This document shows, piece by piece, positions 1-24,670 of a stretch of 64,000 nt of DNA. The position numbers were made by a program, and so were the translations under genes. Under the pieces are notes generated by a model, which ran no database searches, was not told where the DNA came from, and was given only the letters and a program-made list of their open reading frames with translations. How positions within the stretch are numbered: position 1 is the stretch's first letter; the number at the start of each line of letters is the position of its first letter. Source of the stretch: Amoebidium appalachense (Eukaryota > Protista > Ichthyosporea); contig CAVNZM010000001.1 of NCBI GenBank assembly GCA_963693365.1, forward strand, positions 9,688,907 to 9,752,906. Direction: 5' to 3'.

Positions 1-479
1 TGTCAGAGTAGAAACACCCCCCCCCCCCCCCCCACCCCCAATTCAAATCCGTATTTAACATTGTGGGTGGGTGTGCACGACGCGTGGGTGTGGGTGTGTG
101 TGTGTGTGGGTGTGTGTGTGGGTGTGTGGAAGCATCGTTCCGCTCTCAGCAGTGTAGTAATCCATGCGGGTTCCGTCACAAAAGAGCCTCCGAGAAACAC
201 CGGTGACTTAGTGAATCAGATACCGGTGACTTAGTGAATCAGATGCAAGTTCCCATGAAAAATGACTGTAGCAGCGCATGATGTTTCTAAGGCGGCATCT
301 CAAGAGCTTCATGTTCACATCAACTCGAGTCAACTGTGTAGCATTAACCGTAGTACTGTTTACGCTGGCCGCAAATTATTCAAACCGACAGACACCTTTA
401 TGGCATAAATGATTGCCTTTTTGCTTTTACACTGACATTCTAACCCCCTTCCCCCCATTCCTCCCTCCCCTCACTTCAC

Positions 480-522
<43 letters not shown>

Positions 523-523
<1 letters not shown>

Positions 524-719
524 CACGGGCAGCTACCTGCTGACGTCACTGCCTCTGACCTGCCAGGCCACCGACTCCCTCGGCAATGCAGTCGTGTGCC
601 CGCCTCTGCCGTCGGCTGTCAACGTGTCGCTATTTATAGACGCAAAGGACTTCTGTCTGCAGTCGAACAACAGCCTCGGCACACCCTTCAACGCAGACAT
701 CAAGGCTTGGTGCGTGTGA

Positions 720-757
<38 letters not shown>

Positions 758-2429
758 CACAGTGTGTGTGTTTGCGGGTACGTGTATGAGGATGTGTGTA
801 TGTGTGTGTGTGTGTGTGTGTGCATCTGGAACACTGTTTGTGCGTCCTTGTGTGCGTGCGAGTACGTATGTATGGGTGCTTGTATGTTTGCCGGTGGGAC
901 ACGGTGCGTTTGTTGCATGTGCATTTGGCAACGGAATGAGGGAGTTGATGAGTGTGTGTGTGCCTGTGCGGTGCACACGCACACCTGTGTGCTTGTGTGC
1001 ACGCGGATAAAATCGAGTGCACTGATTAGTTTTTACCAGTCGTGTGCCCGCCTCTGCCGTCGGCTGTCACCGTGTCGCTATTTATAGACGCAAAGGACTT
1101 CTGTCTGCAGTCGAACAACAGCCTCGGCACACCCTTCAACGCAGACATCAAGGCTTGGTGCGTGTAGCCGTGTGTGTGTGTGTGTGTGTGTGTGACGGTG
1201 TGTGTGTGTGTGTGTGTGCCTGTGTGCGTGCGTGCGTCTGGCACACTGATTGTGTACGTGTATGGGTGCTTGTGCTTTTGTGGGTTGCCATTGCGTTTCT
1301 TGCATGTGTATTTGGCAACGGAATGAGGGAGTGGATGAGTGTGTGTGTGCCTGTGCGTGTGCACCCACACCTGCGTGCTTGTGTGCGCGCAGATAAAATT
1401 GAGCGCACTGATTAATATTTTATCATATATGATGCTCCCATTCCCGCCCATCTCTAAGAAATGGACATACAAAAAACATTGAGAAATGCTGACACAAATC
1501 CCGGCACTCAACAGTCTATCCTAACAAGTCCCCCTATACCCGCAGGAAGGACCCCGGCTTCACCGAACCCCTCAACACTTCGATCTCCATTGGAACCCCG
1601 TCTATTTCTCCATTGAAATTCTGCCGAGCGACCTGGGAATTGCACTTTCGAACGCAGAGATTATTAACGCTTACAGGGAGGGACAAGAAAGCCCCACCCC
1701 TCAAAATGCATCGGCAGTGTGTCCGGATTTACCCCTCAACGTTGCCAACCAGACATTTGTTACCCCCCAAACCCCTGGGGCTCTTCCGCAATTACGCCAC
1801 ATCGTGCAGACGCCATTTGAATTCTTGTGTAACCCCCCAACAGATAGAAGTAAAAATCCCCCCCGGGCCCGGCAATAAGATGATCACCAGTACATCATTC
1901 TTGGGCCGTCCCTCCCAAATCATCTTACACCAGGGCCAGGGGGGTCCATCAAACATGGTGTATTGGGAGTTGGCTTCCCAGGAGGGGACTTACTATTGCC
2001 ACGGTGATTTAATGATGTGGTACGAGGCACTCCAACCCTCAAATATGAATTTCTGGTGGGAGGCTGCTCCTGGCCTGGGTGGTAAGTTGGACTTTATACC
2101 CTCCTCCCCCCCCCCCTCCCCCCCCTCCCCCCATACCCCTCCCCCTTTACCACTCTCAGCGCCGGCCCTTTTTGGCCTTACCCCAAACCCCACTCAACCC
2201 TCCTTTTCCCATCACTGCGAAATGCTAGCGTATTTTACTGCCCCCCAGGGAGAAGGGGAGGAATGCACACATTTGGGCTAGCAATCGGATCTGGCACGTG
2301 TTACACAAACACAGGCATATGATGCACAGGAGCGCTGTCTTTTGGTTAAATGCGGCCCATACTGCATTCCTTTAGCGTCACGTTCAATGGTCTGGACTCT
2401 AACTGGTATGGTTGGTGTGTGTGTGTGTG

Positions 2430-2462
<33 letters not shown>

Positions 2463-3183
2463 AGTGCAGAGAGATATGGGCCTGACTCTGAGACGTGTGT
2501 AGTGGTGCTTTGTTTTTAATTTTTATTCTGGAAAACTGGTGAGAGAAATCCGAAAGTATGAAGGGTTCGAAATGAATTGTACACATGACAAGGACATGGC
2601 CTTCGGAGCCCGGACGTTTCACTGACCAGCTTACCGTTACTTCCCCCCCCCCCCCCCTGCCCGCCTCCTCCTCACACCCCCTCAAACAAGAAATCACGCA
2701 AGTTACACGCACACAAGCACGCACATTGCTATGATACGCACGTGCATGCACTCACACACCCGCGAGCCTCCCCACGACACACTCTCTCCCAGTACCCAAA
2801 ATCCTTTCTCCCTGATCTGCAAACAAACAAACACACACACACAGGCAAAGGTATTCCCTGCGGCCGCTGAACTATCCGGATCAATATCTTATGATCGGAC
2901 CCGATCCCCGGGGGGGTTCATATGGGAATTCGGCCCTGGGATGGATCGGCCGCGCATGCCGATCAACTTTCCTATTATGTCAAATCGCCAGCGCCAGGTA
3001 TGTAAATTTACCCTGTGCATCACTAGATACTGAGTTTTTGTGCGAATTATTCTCCCAGATGTGCCTAGAAAGTTCCAAAGCACATCATAGGAACATGTCA
3101 TCATAGCACCCATTATATTGTTAGCCTCCCCCCCCCCCCCCCCCCCACCCCCCCCCTTCCCTCCCCCCTCCCCTCCCCTCCCT

Positions 3184-3214
<31 letters not shown>

Positions 3215-4267
3215 ACACACACACACACACACAAACAACAACACCACCACCCTTCCTCCTCCTCCCGGCTGTCGAAAAGAATAAGGGAAAAGGGAAAGAA
3301 GAGAGAAAATCAAATGAACACACACACCAAATGGAATGGAGAAGCAGAACCAAAATCTTAGTTACTGAAAACAGTTATTGTAAGGATAGCTTTAAAAAAG
3401 GGAAAGAAATGGGGTAAAGGTACAAACGGAGAAAAAGGGGAAAAGATTGAGAGAGAGGGGGGGGGGGGGGGGGGGGGTGTTGTTGGAAACAGAAAAACTT
3501 GCCGTTAGAGTAAGAAGTATTCACACTGTATTCAGATTCTATGGATCGGGCCCTTCAATATACATGCAGGTCGCTCTCGCAGTATCTCGTGGGCTTAGCA
3601 ATGTTCCAAACCTTAGGCATCTTTGGCCAACCTCCCACGACTAACATCTCCCCTTAACCAAACAGGCAAACGTTGCCGCCGAGACTCGAATGCGGAAGCC
3701 GAAATCTCGCCCAGTCAAGTTGAGGAATATGTGGACAGGACCCGCAGGGAGTGGCTTGCAGACGGAAACGGGACGCAAACCAATTTTTTCACCGTAAATT
3801 ACACGATAATGGTCGATTACCAGGATGCCGCTGTGCGTCGCCGCCGCTGCCGCCGCCAAACAAACATCGAAAAGCCCGGGCCATCTGGTATGATCGGATC
3901 TTCTTAAAGAGATGGGAAATCCGTAGCCGCCGGTGTTGGGGTGATCAACATCGGATACTCGGAGGGATAAATTGAGCCGTTGCAATCGTCCAATGAGGTC
4001 GCCGATTCTAATCTGCTGATGATCGAGGTTGTCGTGTGCAGCATCCTTCTTGTTCTGGGATTAATCGGTTGCTGTGGTACGATTTCCGCTTCCACGGCCG
4101 AATTTAAGTTATGGCGTCTGCACAAGAGCCTGAAGGAGAAGAGGGAGTGTATCCTAACGTCTACCTCAACCATTCCCGCAAGTATGCAGTCTGTGAGCGC
4201 CCTGAGAACAAGCAGTATGCGGTTAATGGACGGTTCATATCCCCCACCCTCTGATAGTCGGTGGTGA
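523..4267 (+). pseudogene. Disrupted paralogue (3' part) of the surface-protein gene at 6839-18288, in convergent orientation
   Basis: Exons 523-709, 1546-1849, ~1856-2081, 2845-2997 and 3666-4267 match minus-strand exons 14708-14894, 13876-14181, 11137-11360, 9575-9727 and 6839-7428 with the same GT/AG positions. Premature TAA at 3905-3907 where the paralogue has CAA. 1-nt indels in exons 1546 and 2845. The crystallin-like exons are deleted. Confidence 0.85.
589..1420 (+). repeat. Tandem duplication of part of an exon plus the following intron (589-1038 and 1038-1420)
   Basis: cagtcgtgtgcccgcctctgccgtcggctgtc...caaggcttggtgcgt occurs at ~589-715 and again at ~1037-1163, each followed by homologous intron sequence ending in gcactgatta. 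Confidence 0.9.
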
Positions 4268-5044
4268 TGAAACTCGAATCATCATTCGTGTACTTATGAA
4301 ACTCGAATCATCATTCGTGTATTTATGTGATTGGAGATTTTCAAATTCAGCATATCAATGGCTTAAAGTCTTTATTTACTTTTGCATGTTTCGAGTCAGT
4401 CATTGGGTAGGCGGTGATGGCATTTATTTTTGTCGTAATTTGGTTAGATAATAATGAGATATTCCTTCTTAAATTTTTTTCTTTTTCTTTTCTTTTTTTT
4501 TTTTTTTTTTTGCGACAAAACTTCTGAATCAGTGGCACGGGGCATCAGGCAACGTGGCAAGCAGGCTGCCACGTACATGCACATGTACAACAACATCATC
4601 TTATTGTGTTGTCACGTTAATTTTTTTTTGTATTATTATAATTATTATTTATCGTAGGTTATCTTATTATCGGTAGACTGATGTAGTAGTAGTAATAATA
4701 ATAATACTATTGTACTCTAAATTATCCATACGTGTTCGTCATTATGTCGACATCACGCAATGTTAATATAGGCCTTTATTTTTTAGGATGTCGACTCGGA
4801 TAAGTTGAAATTATAATTAACCCTAGAAAAAAAAAAACCCCCCCAATCTGAATCACGGTGCTTGCATATAGTCAGGCTGTGAGATAGTGAGCCACATATA
4901 GAGACTTGGGCGGGAAGTTTTGGTGCCCCAAAAAACGTGTTTGTAAAACCGTTCGTGAAAAATAGGAATTCTCGTTCATCATGTGAATGCCACAGCCGTC
5001 CCACCATCCAGCGATTAATTACCTAGGTAGCACTCTTCCGTGGG

Positions 5045-5130
<86 letters not shown>

Positions 5131-5175
5131 CGCTCCCCCCCTCCCCCCCCCTCTCTCTCTCTCCCCCCCCCCCCC

Positions 5176-5244
<69 letters not shown>

Positions 5245-5595
5245 CCCCCCCCCCCCCCCCCCCCCCTCCCCCTTCTCCTCCCCCCCCCCCCCCCCTCCCT
5301 CCAGAAGCTCCCCCTCTCTTTCTTCCCCCACCGAGTCCCCTCCCCTCCTTCGACCTCCACTCCAATTACTCCCCTCCTCCTCCTCCCCCCTCCCCCCCCC
5401 CCCCCCTCCCTCCCCACCTTTTCTCTCTCTTTTTTCGGGGGAGGGGGGGGGGGGGGAAGGAAGGGAAGGGGGTTTAAAGAAGCCGGAGTTTAGAAGGGAG
5501 AAGGGGGGCTCGGATATGGACGCCCTCTCGACTCCTGCACAACGAAAATGGCATCAGCCGTTACCGGACGTAAAGGGCGGGTGTTTTTTCTCTTC

Positions 5596-5694
<99 letters not shown>

Positions 5695-6083
5695 TCTCCC
5701 CCCCCCTCCCCCCTCTCCCTACCTCCGACCCCCTTCTCTCTCATGAAATTTCTTTTTCTCTCTTTCTCTTTCCCTCCCACCTCCCCCCCCCCCCCCTACA
5801 TCTCTAATATTAGATCTCTACCTGTCTCCCCCCCCCCCCCCCCCACAAACCCCCCTAACCACCCCCCCCCCCCCCCCCCCCCTTTCTCTCTCTACTCTGT
5901 CTCTCCCGTCTTTCCCCCCTCCCCCCCCCTCCGTCCCTCCCCCCCCCCCCCCCCCCCTCCCCTCCCCCCCCCCCCCCCCCCCCCAACTCTTTCTCTCTCT
6001 CTCACTTTAAAATTTTCTCTCCCTCCTCTCCTCTCCCTCTCTTTCTCTCCCTCTTTGTCCCTCTCCCTCTGCCTCCCTCCCCC

Positions 6084-6117
<34 letters not shown>

Positions 6118-6838
6118 TCTCTTTCTCTCTCTCTCTTCCCCGGCCATCCCGCCCCCCTCCCTTTCTCTCTTGAGAAGATAAGCTGGCTTACATAACTTGG
6201 CTAGGGTGCACTGTCCCCCCCCCGCCCCGCGCCCCTCCTCCCCAAAAAAAATTTACGAGAAAGAAAGAGAAGAAAAAAGCAACCCAACCTTTATTTGGTC
6301 GAGACATAATTCATGCCGACTTGCGAATGACTCTGTGGGATAGTGGCTGTGCAACATGAGTGTGGTTTTCCCGGTGACTGATAAAACTTTTGCATTCAAT
6401 AGGGCATCATGTCGACATCATGACAGCGATAATTTACTATGATATTCGGTTAATACTGTATGATACTTATGAGGTCAGACACCACTGGTGCCCCATGATT
6501 TCTTATAATTAATTAAATACTATTATTATTGTAGTTACTTGCACACAATGCATGCACACGCTCCGGTGAGCGTTGTGCCTGCCCATATTCCACTTATATG
6601 TCTAAAAACATGAACGAAATATCTCATGCAAATAATGCTGTATCAAGCAGCGCCCGACCCGGTGGAGATGATATGCAAAATTCGGCGCTAATAAGTTTAG
6701 ATAGTCTTTTTTTTCATACTTAGTTACATGCACTGGTTTCCTTCACACGCACTGCCACAGACAGTGTGCCCACCTTCCACTTCTTATGTGTGAAAAAAAA
6801 AAAGTGAACAAATTATGAATTTTTACGACCACCGATTC

Positions 6839-18288
<11,450 letters not shown>

Positions 18289-18803
18289 GTTTGTCAATAT
18301 GCCTGTGACAGTGTCAGTGACCGTGTGGACAACTGGTACTGGACGCAACCCGAGGCTCAATATTCCTACTTTTCTTTTTTTAGGGGTTAGTTGTTTGTAG
18401 GTAAAATTATCATGATCCCGGCCGTCTGGTTGGCAAAGAGGGGGCCACAGACGGGCGTCGCATAATGCCACTGTCTTGACCCACCGTGACGGAGTAAGTC
18501 ACTTTATGTGTATTCAGTGAATCAGTGAGTCAGCATGCAGCCATGGCATCGCCTTGCGCCAGCAAGGAACGAACAAGGTATGTCTGTCTGCACAGGGTGT
18601 GCTATCGGCTCGCCAAAATAATCGTCAAGGCGAGCCGAAATAACGAGGTCGAGCGAGGACACGAGCCGACATGATCCGGTTACGATATGACCCATAAAGA
18701 TTTAGCATTCACTTTATTGATACATTATGCAAACTTTAACTCGGTTATTTGATTCATACATCATTACATTCACATTTCAGGCTCATTTTCCTAGTGATCG
18801 CTT

Positions 18804-18911
18804 TGATTGGCTAGCAGCGCACTCACCCATTAACCCGGTTATTCGATTCCTCTAACCCAATAGAAATGTCCATAGCCTGGTTATTTCGGTGAGTGCGCTC
18901 TAGGCCAATCA
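18804..18911. repeat. ~108-bp palindromic element (mini-MITE or hairpin) upstream of the surface-protein gene
   Basis: tgattggctagcagcgcactcacc..taacc versus ggtta..ggtgagtgcgctctaggccaatca form ~30-bp imperfect inverted arms, each ending in a CCAAT box. Confidence 0.7.
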
Positions 18912-20048
18912 CGGCAAGACTAACTGAAGTTAAAGGTCGTGTCGTCATCCAATCAGATCACACCCCGACGCTCGGAATATCGTAACTTTTTCCTCTGCCT
19001 CGATCCGCCGGGAGTCCCGACTCCCGGACGTCATAGTAGAGCCACCTAACTTTTCTTTATAGGGATGTACTTTTATATATTCTTGACTGTACTATTAGAG
19101 CCATTATTAATGTGGACATAATATCAAAAATTAGAGGCAACTTTTAATTTTCCACAAATCACGGCTAACACACGGTCGTGCTCCGGTTGACGACACGTGA
19201 GCATTTGAATAGTCTACAGGAAGCCACCTATGATACTTTAGTAATCTTCTTGCATCTGGCCACTCAGGTCTTATGCTCATTCTCTGATGTCTGACGTCAT
19301 TTAAAGTCAGACTATTGGGCTGAAACTATTTAGGCTTACCCTACTTTTATCTAATGGAATGCGTGACTATCATCCACCCATTATCCATATGCACGGCTGT
19401 ATTCCCACATATGACTACATTATTATATTACTTTAACAGTATTTACATAATACAGCTCTATACCGGCTGTATTCTTTTGTTGCGTTATAACCTGCACCTG
19501 TCACAGCCAAGAAAGACTCAAGCTGAGGCGGGAGTGGGGCAGTCCCGGGTTGGCGGAAGATCGCCGGAATAGTGGAATTATAATGTAATGTAATGGTGTT
19601 CATTGATTGGTTAATCATAATGAGATACTTCCTGGTATTCGTTTGGTATGCCTTACCGAATTCCGCTGTATCGAGTAACCGCCGGAGTTGTACGATGGTA
19701 TGTGTAGTACTCCTGAGGCTCTACTTTATCCACGCCAGAGGTAAACTAGGCCAGAGCCAGAAATAGTAGGACAACTTGATAATTCCTACTCTGCGAGCAT
19801 GTATAATTATGATTATTCATTTGGGTTCAAATCTAGTATCTATATTTTCGAGCATTCAGTGCCCGAGCACGTCGGCTCAGCTGATTTAGTGTTAAAGTGA
19901 CTGGTGCAGGGTTGTAACACTTTGGGGTAACAAATGGATTAGCCACAGAATTAGCCACTATTATAATATCGTAGATCGTTTCCTGTATAATTATCGTTCA
20001 GAACATGCACAGCTGTGTGAATATGAAAAGGGTAGAGAATTGCTCCCC

Positions 20049-20085
<37 letters not shown>

Positions 20086-20576
20086 TATATAATATATATA
20101 TATCATATACATGTATGTATGATACACAGTCATATTGTACGTGTGCCAGACCCTGTACATTAGAAGTAATTGAGATTTGGAGGTAGCTCTTATTTTTCAA
20201 GGCTGACAAAACTTTTCTTCCGAAGTCGACTGATCACGCGCCAACCCAGGTGATTTTGAAAAGTTCAAATATGAAGTGATATGGCTTTTTGCGATGCCGA
20301 ACGACAAAATCTGAAATGTGGCTGGTGAGAGTCTGAGACGAAGCCAAAATCGAACACATCTGGCACAGGCTGGTATCACCGTATTCTATCGTATAAATGG
20401 AACGTGAAATGGAAATGTGCGACGAACAGCTTCAACCAATAGGCGCGATCGATCTGCACTGACGCCGCCTCCGACGCCGGCGCCGGCGCTGCGCGGCCCG
20501 GGGTTGCAGTGATGCATGCATATATGCGCACGTATATATCATACATTTGTTGGTACTCAGTTGTGGGGTAGGCCAT

Positions 20577-21028
20577 TTAACAAATTACTATCAAATCAGT
20601 TTTTACATTACCGAGATCCCCTATAACATCGAGCACGGACTCACGAAATTCCCTAGTGTAACTTCCAGCCAAAAAACACAAGTCTCTCGACCGTTCCAGA
20701 GTTGGGTACAACAGCTCACCCAGATGCTCAAAAAGGCCCAACCCTAGGAGTACGATCGGTAAGACAGTTTTTCTTCTGCTTGAACCTTGTGCAGTTCTTC
20801 TACCAAAACGTTTGCCTCTTTCGGTGAAAGGAATTGTGTTATAGATCCCGTTTCCGTACATTGGGCGAAGGTTGTTTTTCTTGTGAATAATACTGATATA
20901 GCCGGACATTCTGCGACGGTACACTGCGGCACGTTCCTAGGAATATATGTTCTGCTATGTTTTGAAAACGTAAAAGAAGGGGTTGATTTTTTTTTCGAGC
21001 TTCCTTGCACGTTGACCCGGCATACCAT
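20577..21028 (-). pseudogene. Possible frameshifted ORF divergent from the Tudor/BEN gene, product unknown
   Basis: Two overlapping non-repetitive frames (20744-21028 and 20577-20760) read like one ~150-aa protein. No motif recognised. Confidence 0.25.
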
Positions 21029-21241
21029 CGGGCCGGGCCAGTACCCAATTTGACTTTTCGATCAATGATGATTGGTGGAAGAGTAGTGGCGGGCAACGGC
21101 CAAACGGACACACACAAACGGTCATCGATCCGTGGTCACTTCAACCAGCACGTCACAGTTTCCCACAGAAGTTAAACACTTCACAGCTCATATATCAGCT
21201 AGAATTAGGCGTGTCTTAGCCTCACTGAGCGATCTGCCAAC

Positions 21242-22959
21242 ATGGGCGGCTCTAATTATAGTCTGGTGCCTGCCAGTCTCCCAGTTGAGAAGTACCCACC
21301 AAAGGGCATAAAGCCTGATAAAAGCTACGAGGGTAATCCGTGGAAACACATTGATTTGGGAGGTGATTGGTTTGTAGTTCAGGCCCACGATGGTGACATG
21401 GATGTGTACCAGTTGCGGTCGCTTTGCGAGTTTAATGAAGGTTGGGATGCCAAAAGGGCACCAGAGAGTTTAACCAAGGAACCCACGGTGGGCAGCACTG
21501 TGTACATCCCCTGGGTGCAGATGAACGTCGGTACGCTGCAGTGGTTCCAGGGAGAAGTTGTGTCCAGACTCCCCGCTGCTGTTGCTGGTAAGGGTCTCAA
21601 AAGTCACTAAACGTGTGTAAAAAGACTAGTTTTGTCTGCCATAGTGGAAGGCTTATCAGTGTGTCATAAGTATACGGAGACCACACTTTGTCTTTATATG
21701 AACAGAATGAAAGACAAGTTATCCCAAAGAGGTCAACCCCCCCCCCCGCCGCCTTTTTGTTTTGTGCAGGAGGAGAAGGGGGGAATGCAGGAGGAGAAGG
21801 GGGGAAGGAGGTGGGGGGGTGGGGTGGGGGGTTTACCTAGGCAAAGATTGTACAGAGGAAACAAAAGTAGTTGCCACCGTGACCTACTTGTTTTCGCCTT
21901 GTAGTTACTCTCTGGTTGAAGGGCTCTCTTCACGGGTTTTCTTGTCATTGTGGTACTTACACACACACACACACACACACGTACACACACACACGCACAC
22001 ACACTCGCGTGCGCGCACACACACACACAACGGAGAACGGCTAGCACAACAAACCGGGGGGAAGAATTGCATACCTTTAGTATTGCAGGCCGGTACCCAA
22101 CCTACACACACACACATACACACACACACACACAGACAGACACGTACATGCACATGCGCACACACACGCAGGCCCACACACCACTTCCCCGTTTCCTCCT
22201 AATCAAACAGCCAAACCAACCAACCAAACATGGTGGTGCACGATGATGTAGTCTTGAAACCACGTAAAACCACGTAAGAAAGCTTCGTGTTAGGTGAGCA
22301 ACATTTTAATCTTTCGGCACTTCCATATGTTGTCCCCCCCCCCCCCCCCCCCCCCCCCATCCTCCCTCCCTTTCTCGCTTTACCACAGGCTGCATTCACC
22401 AAAAAGGCCGTGCGGGCTGCCTGGCGTGCCAACAAGCCCACCATATCGGCAAGAATTCTTACTGATGACATCTTTACAACCGATGAGCTGGTCAACAACT
22501 CGTTTGTGTGTCACGGGAAAACAGCTCGCTTACTTGGAGTGGGCACGGTCGGGCAGCTTGATCCCGCCAAAACTCACCTGGTGTACCGTACGTGACCATA
22601 CTAGCACGCACATACACATGCACGCACATATACGTGCCGGCACACACACAAACACACACACACACACACACACACAACACTGGTGAAAACACACAGGGAG
22701 GCAAACAAAATAAATTGGTACACACTCACTACACCGGTACCCACACAAACGTTTACATGCAGGCGCACGCACACATGAACACACACACAAGCACACCGAG
22801 CGCAAATCTGTGTGCACATACACACAGACACATATATCGGGCACGCACATACACACACACCTTCTGATATGCCCCTTTGCCCTTCTCCCTCACACCATGC
22901 ACAAACATGCACATGGGCACACATACACACACAGACATATCATCAGGCACACACACACA

Positions 22960-23027
<68 letters not shown>

Positions 23028-23188
23028 GTTGAAAGCACACAGGGAGGCACACAAAATATATCGGCACACACTCACTACACTGGTACCCACACACGCGTTT
23101 ACATGCATACACACGCACACATGCACACACACACAAGCACACCGGGCATAAATCTGCGCGCACATACACACGTAGACATATACATCGG

Positions 23189-23264
<76 letters not shown>

Positions 23265-23317
23265 TTTCTGATATGCCCCTTTGCCCTTAACCCTCACCGC
23301 GGGTAATTGTCTCCCTT

Positions 23318-23376
<59 letters not shown>

Positions 23377-23781
23377 ACACCACTACCACCACCACCACCA
23401 CCACCACCAACCCTACCCTCATCTTCGACTCCCTTATTCCCATCCCCAACATTCATTGCCACCCAATTCTTTTTGCCTTCCGTAAGAAGGCCCAAGCTCC
23501 TCTGCATCACTGTCTTCCCCCCTCCCCCCCTCCCCCCTCCCCCCTTCCCCCCCCCTCCTTCCCTCCCTTCCTCCCTCCCACCCCCCTCCCCACTCCTTTC
23601 AGTCATGACCAACTACCTCGTCACTGGATCCCTGGACCCTGCAACCGATGCTGTCTACAAGGCCATAAAGAGGGGGGGGAGCATCGCCTGCGACAATGCA
23701 CGCAAAGGCTTGCGTAGTCATTTGGCCACAGGAAAGGAAAACAACACCCGTCAATACGCGGCTCGGGAATCCAGAGAATAA
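21242..23781 (+). CDS. Spliced gene for a Tudor-like + BEN-domain protein (possibly decayed)
   Basis: Exon 21242-21587 (gccaacATGG; VGSTVYIPW...QWFQGEVV, Tudor/Agenet-like; GTAAG donor). Exon 22389-22587 ([19 protein letters not shown]...[11 protein letters not shown]) and phase-compatible exon 23603-23781 ([18 protein letters not shown]) give a BEN-like LFxxEEL...LDPxK...CxNAR pattern. The linker exon between exon 1 and the BEN exon is unresolved. Confidence 0.6.
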
Positions 23782-24626
23782 TTAAGGTACTGGATGCATG
23801 CCCTCCCCCCCCCCCCCCCCCCATTCCCGCCCGCCCGCCTGCCCCAACCTCCTAAACCCCCACCCCTCTCCATCCCTTCCCTCTTCTCGCCACACTCATT
23901 CACTCACTCACTCACTCTCACCACTTAAATGAAAAAGACTACTCGAAGACACGATTCTAAAAACTCACATGTACACATGTACATACGTCTCTCATCTTTT
24001 TACCTGGTCATATCACATCTTTTTGCCCTCCTCCTGCATCTGCTCGGATGCGGAGAGCGCGGTCCCCCCTACACACACAGACACATATCCCTGTGTTTGT
24101 ACGACTTATCAAAAAATGAGATATGCACCTAGTGCATGTGATAGGTCCATAGTGGAATGTTACCTCGTGCAGCAAATACTGAGCCTTCTCATAGAGGCAA
24201 TAAAAAAATAAAAAAAGAACTTAATGCATACACCAGAAGGACATGAGGCTATTAAGGGAATATGTCATTTACATGTGTCTATTAAGGAATATATCATTAA
24301 CATGTGTGTTTCTTTGCAGAAACGATGACAGCGGTGCTCGAATTTACTTCCGGTACTCTATTGTGGCTTCTTCCGGACATCAAATTGAATTGCAGCAATA
24401 TTCTGGACCGCGAAGACCTATAGGTGATTTTATAGTATTTTCATACATGTGCATTGCTTCCTCACTTGTTGTTGGCATGCATGTTGGAGTTTCGATTACC
24501 TGCAGGTACAAGGAGTAAGCCATATAACATTTGCAATACTGTAGATGGGTGTAACACCCGAACACACGCGCACTATATACAGCATATTATGATATGTACG
24601 TGTGTGTGTGTGTGTGTGTATGTGTG

Positions 24627-24670
<44 letters not shown>

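Noticed and set aside
199-244. Short tandem duplications (22 bp here, 29 bp at 4267-4327, ~30 bp at 24249-24308) as possible CRISPR-like arrays
   Set aside because: Two adjacent copies with no spacers in a eukaryotic context: simple slippage duplications.
3500-3600. VFRFYGSGPSIYMQVAL resembling the last ZP-C strands
   Set aside because: It has no counterpart in the intact paralogue, and the flanking exons already join in phase, so it is probably intronic coincidence.
4960-5600. Short unique islands between CT/C tracts as exons of a hidden gene
   Set aside because: No consistent splice sites, frame or recognisable motif.
19906-20154. CAGGGTTG...AGACCCTG as a hAT MITE
   Set aside because: Only a 6-bp terminal match and no 8-bp TSD.
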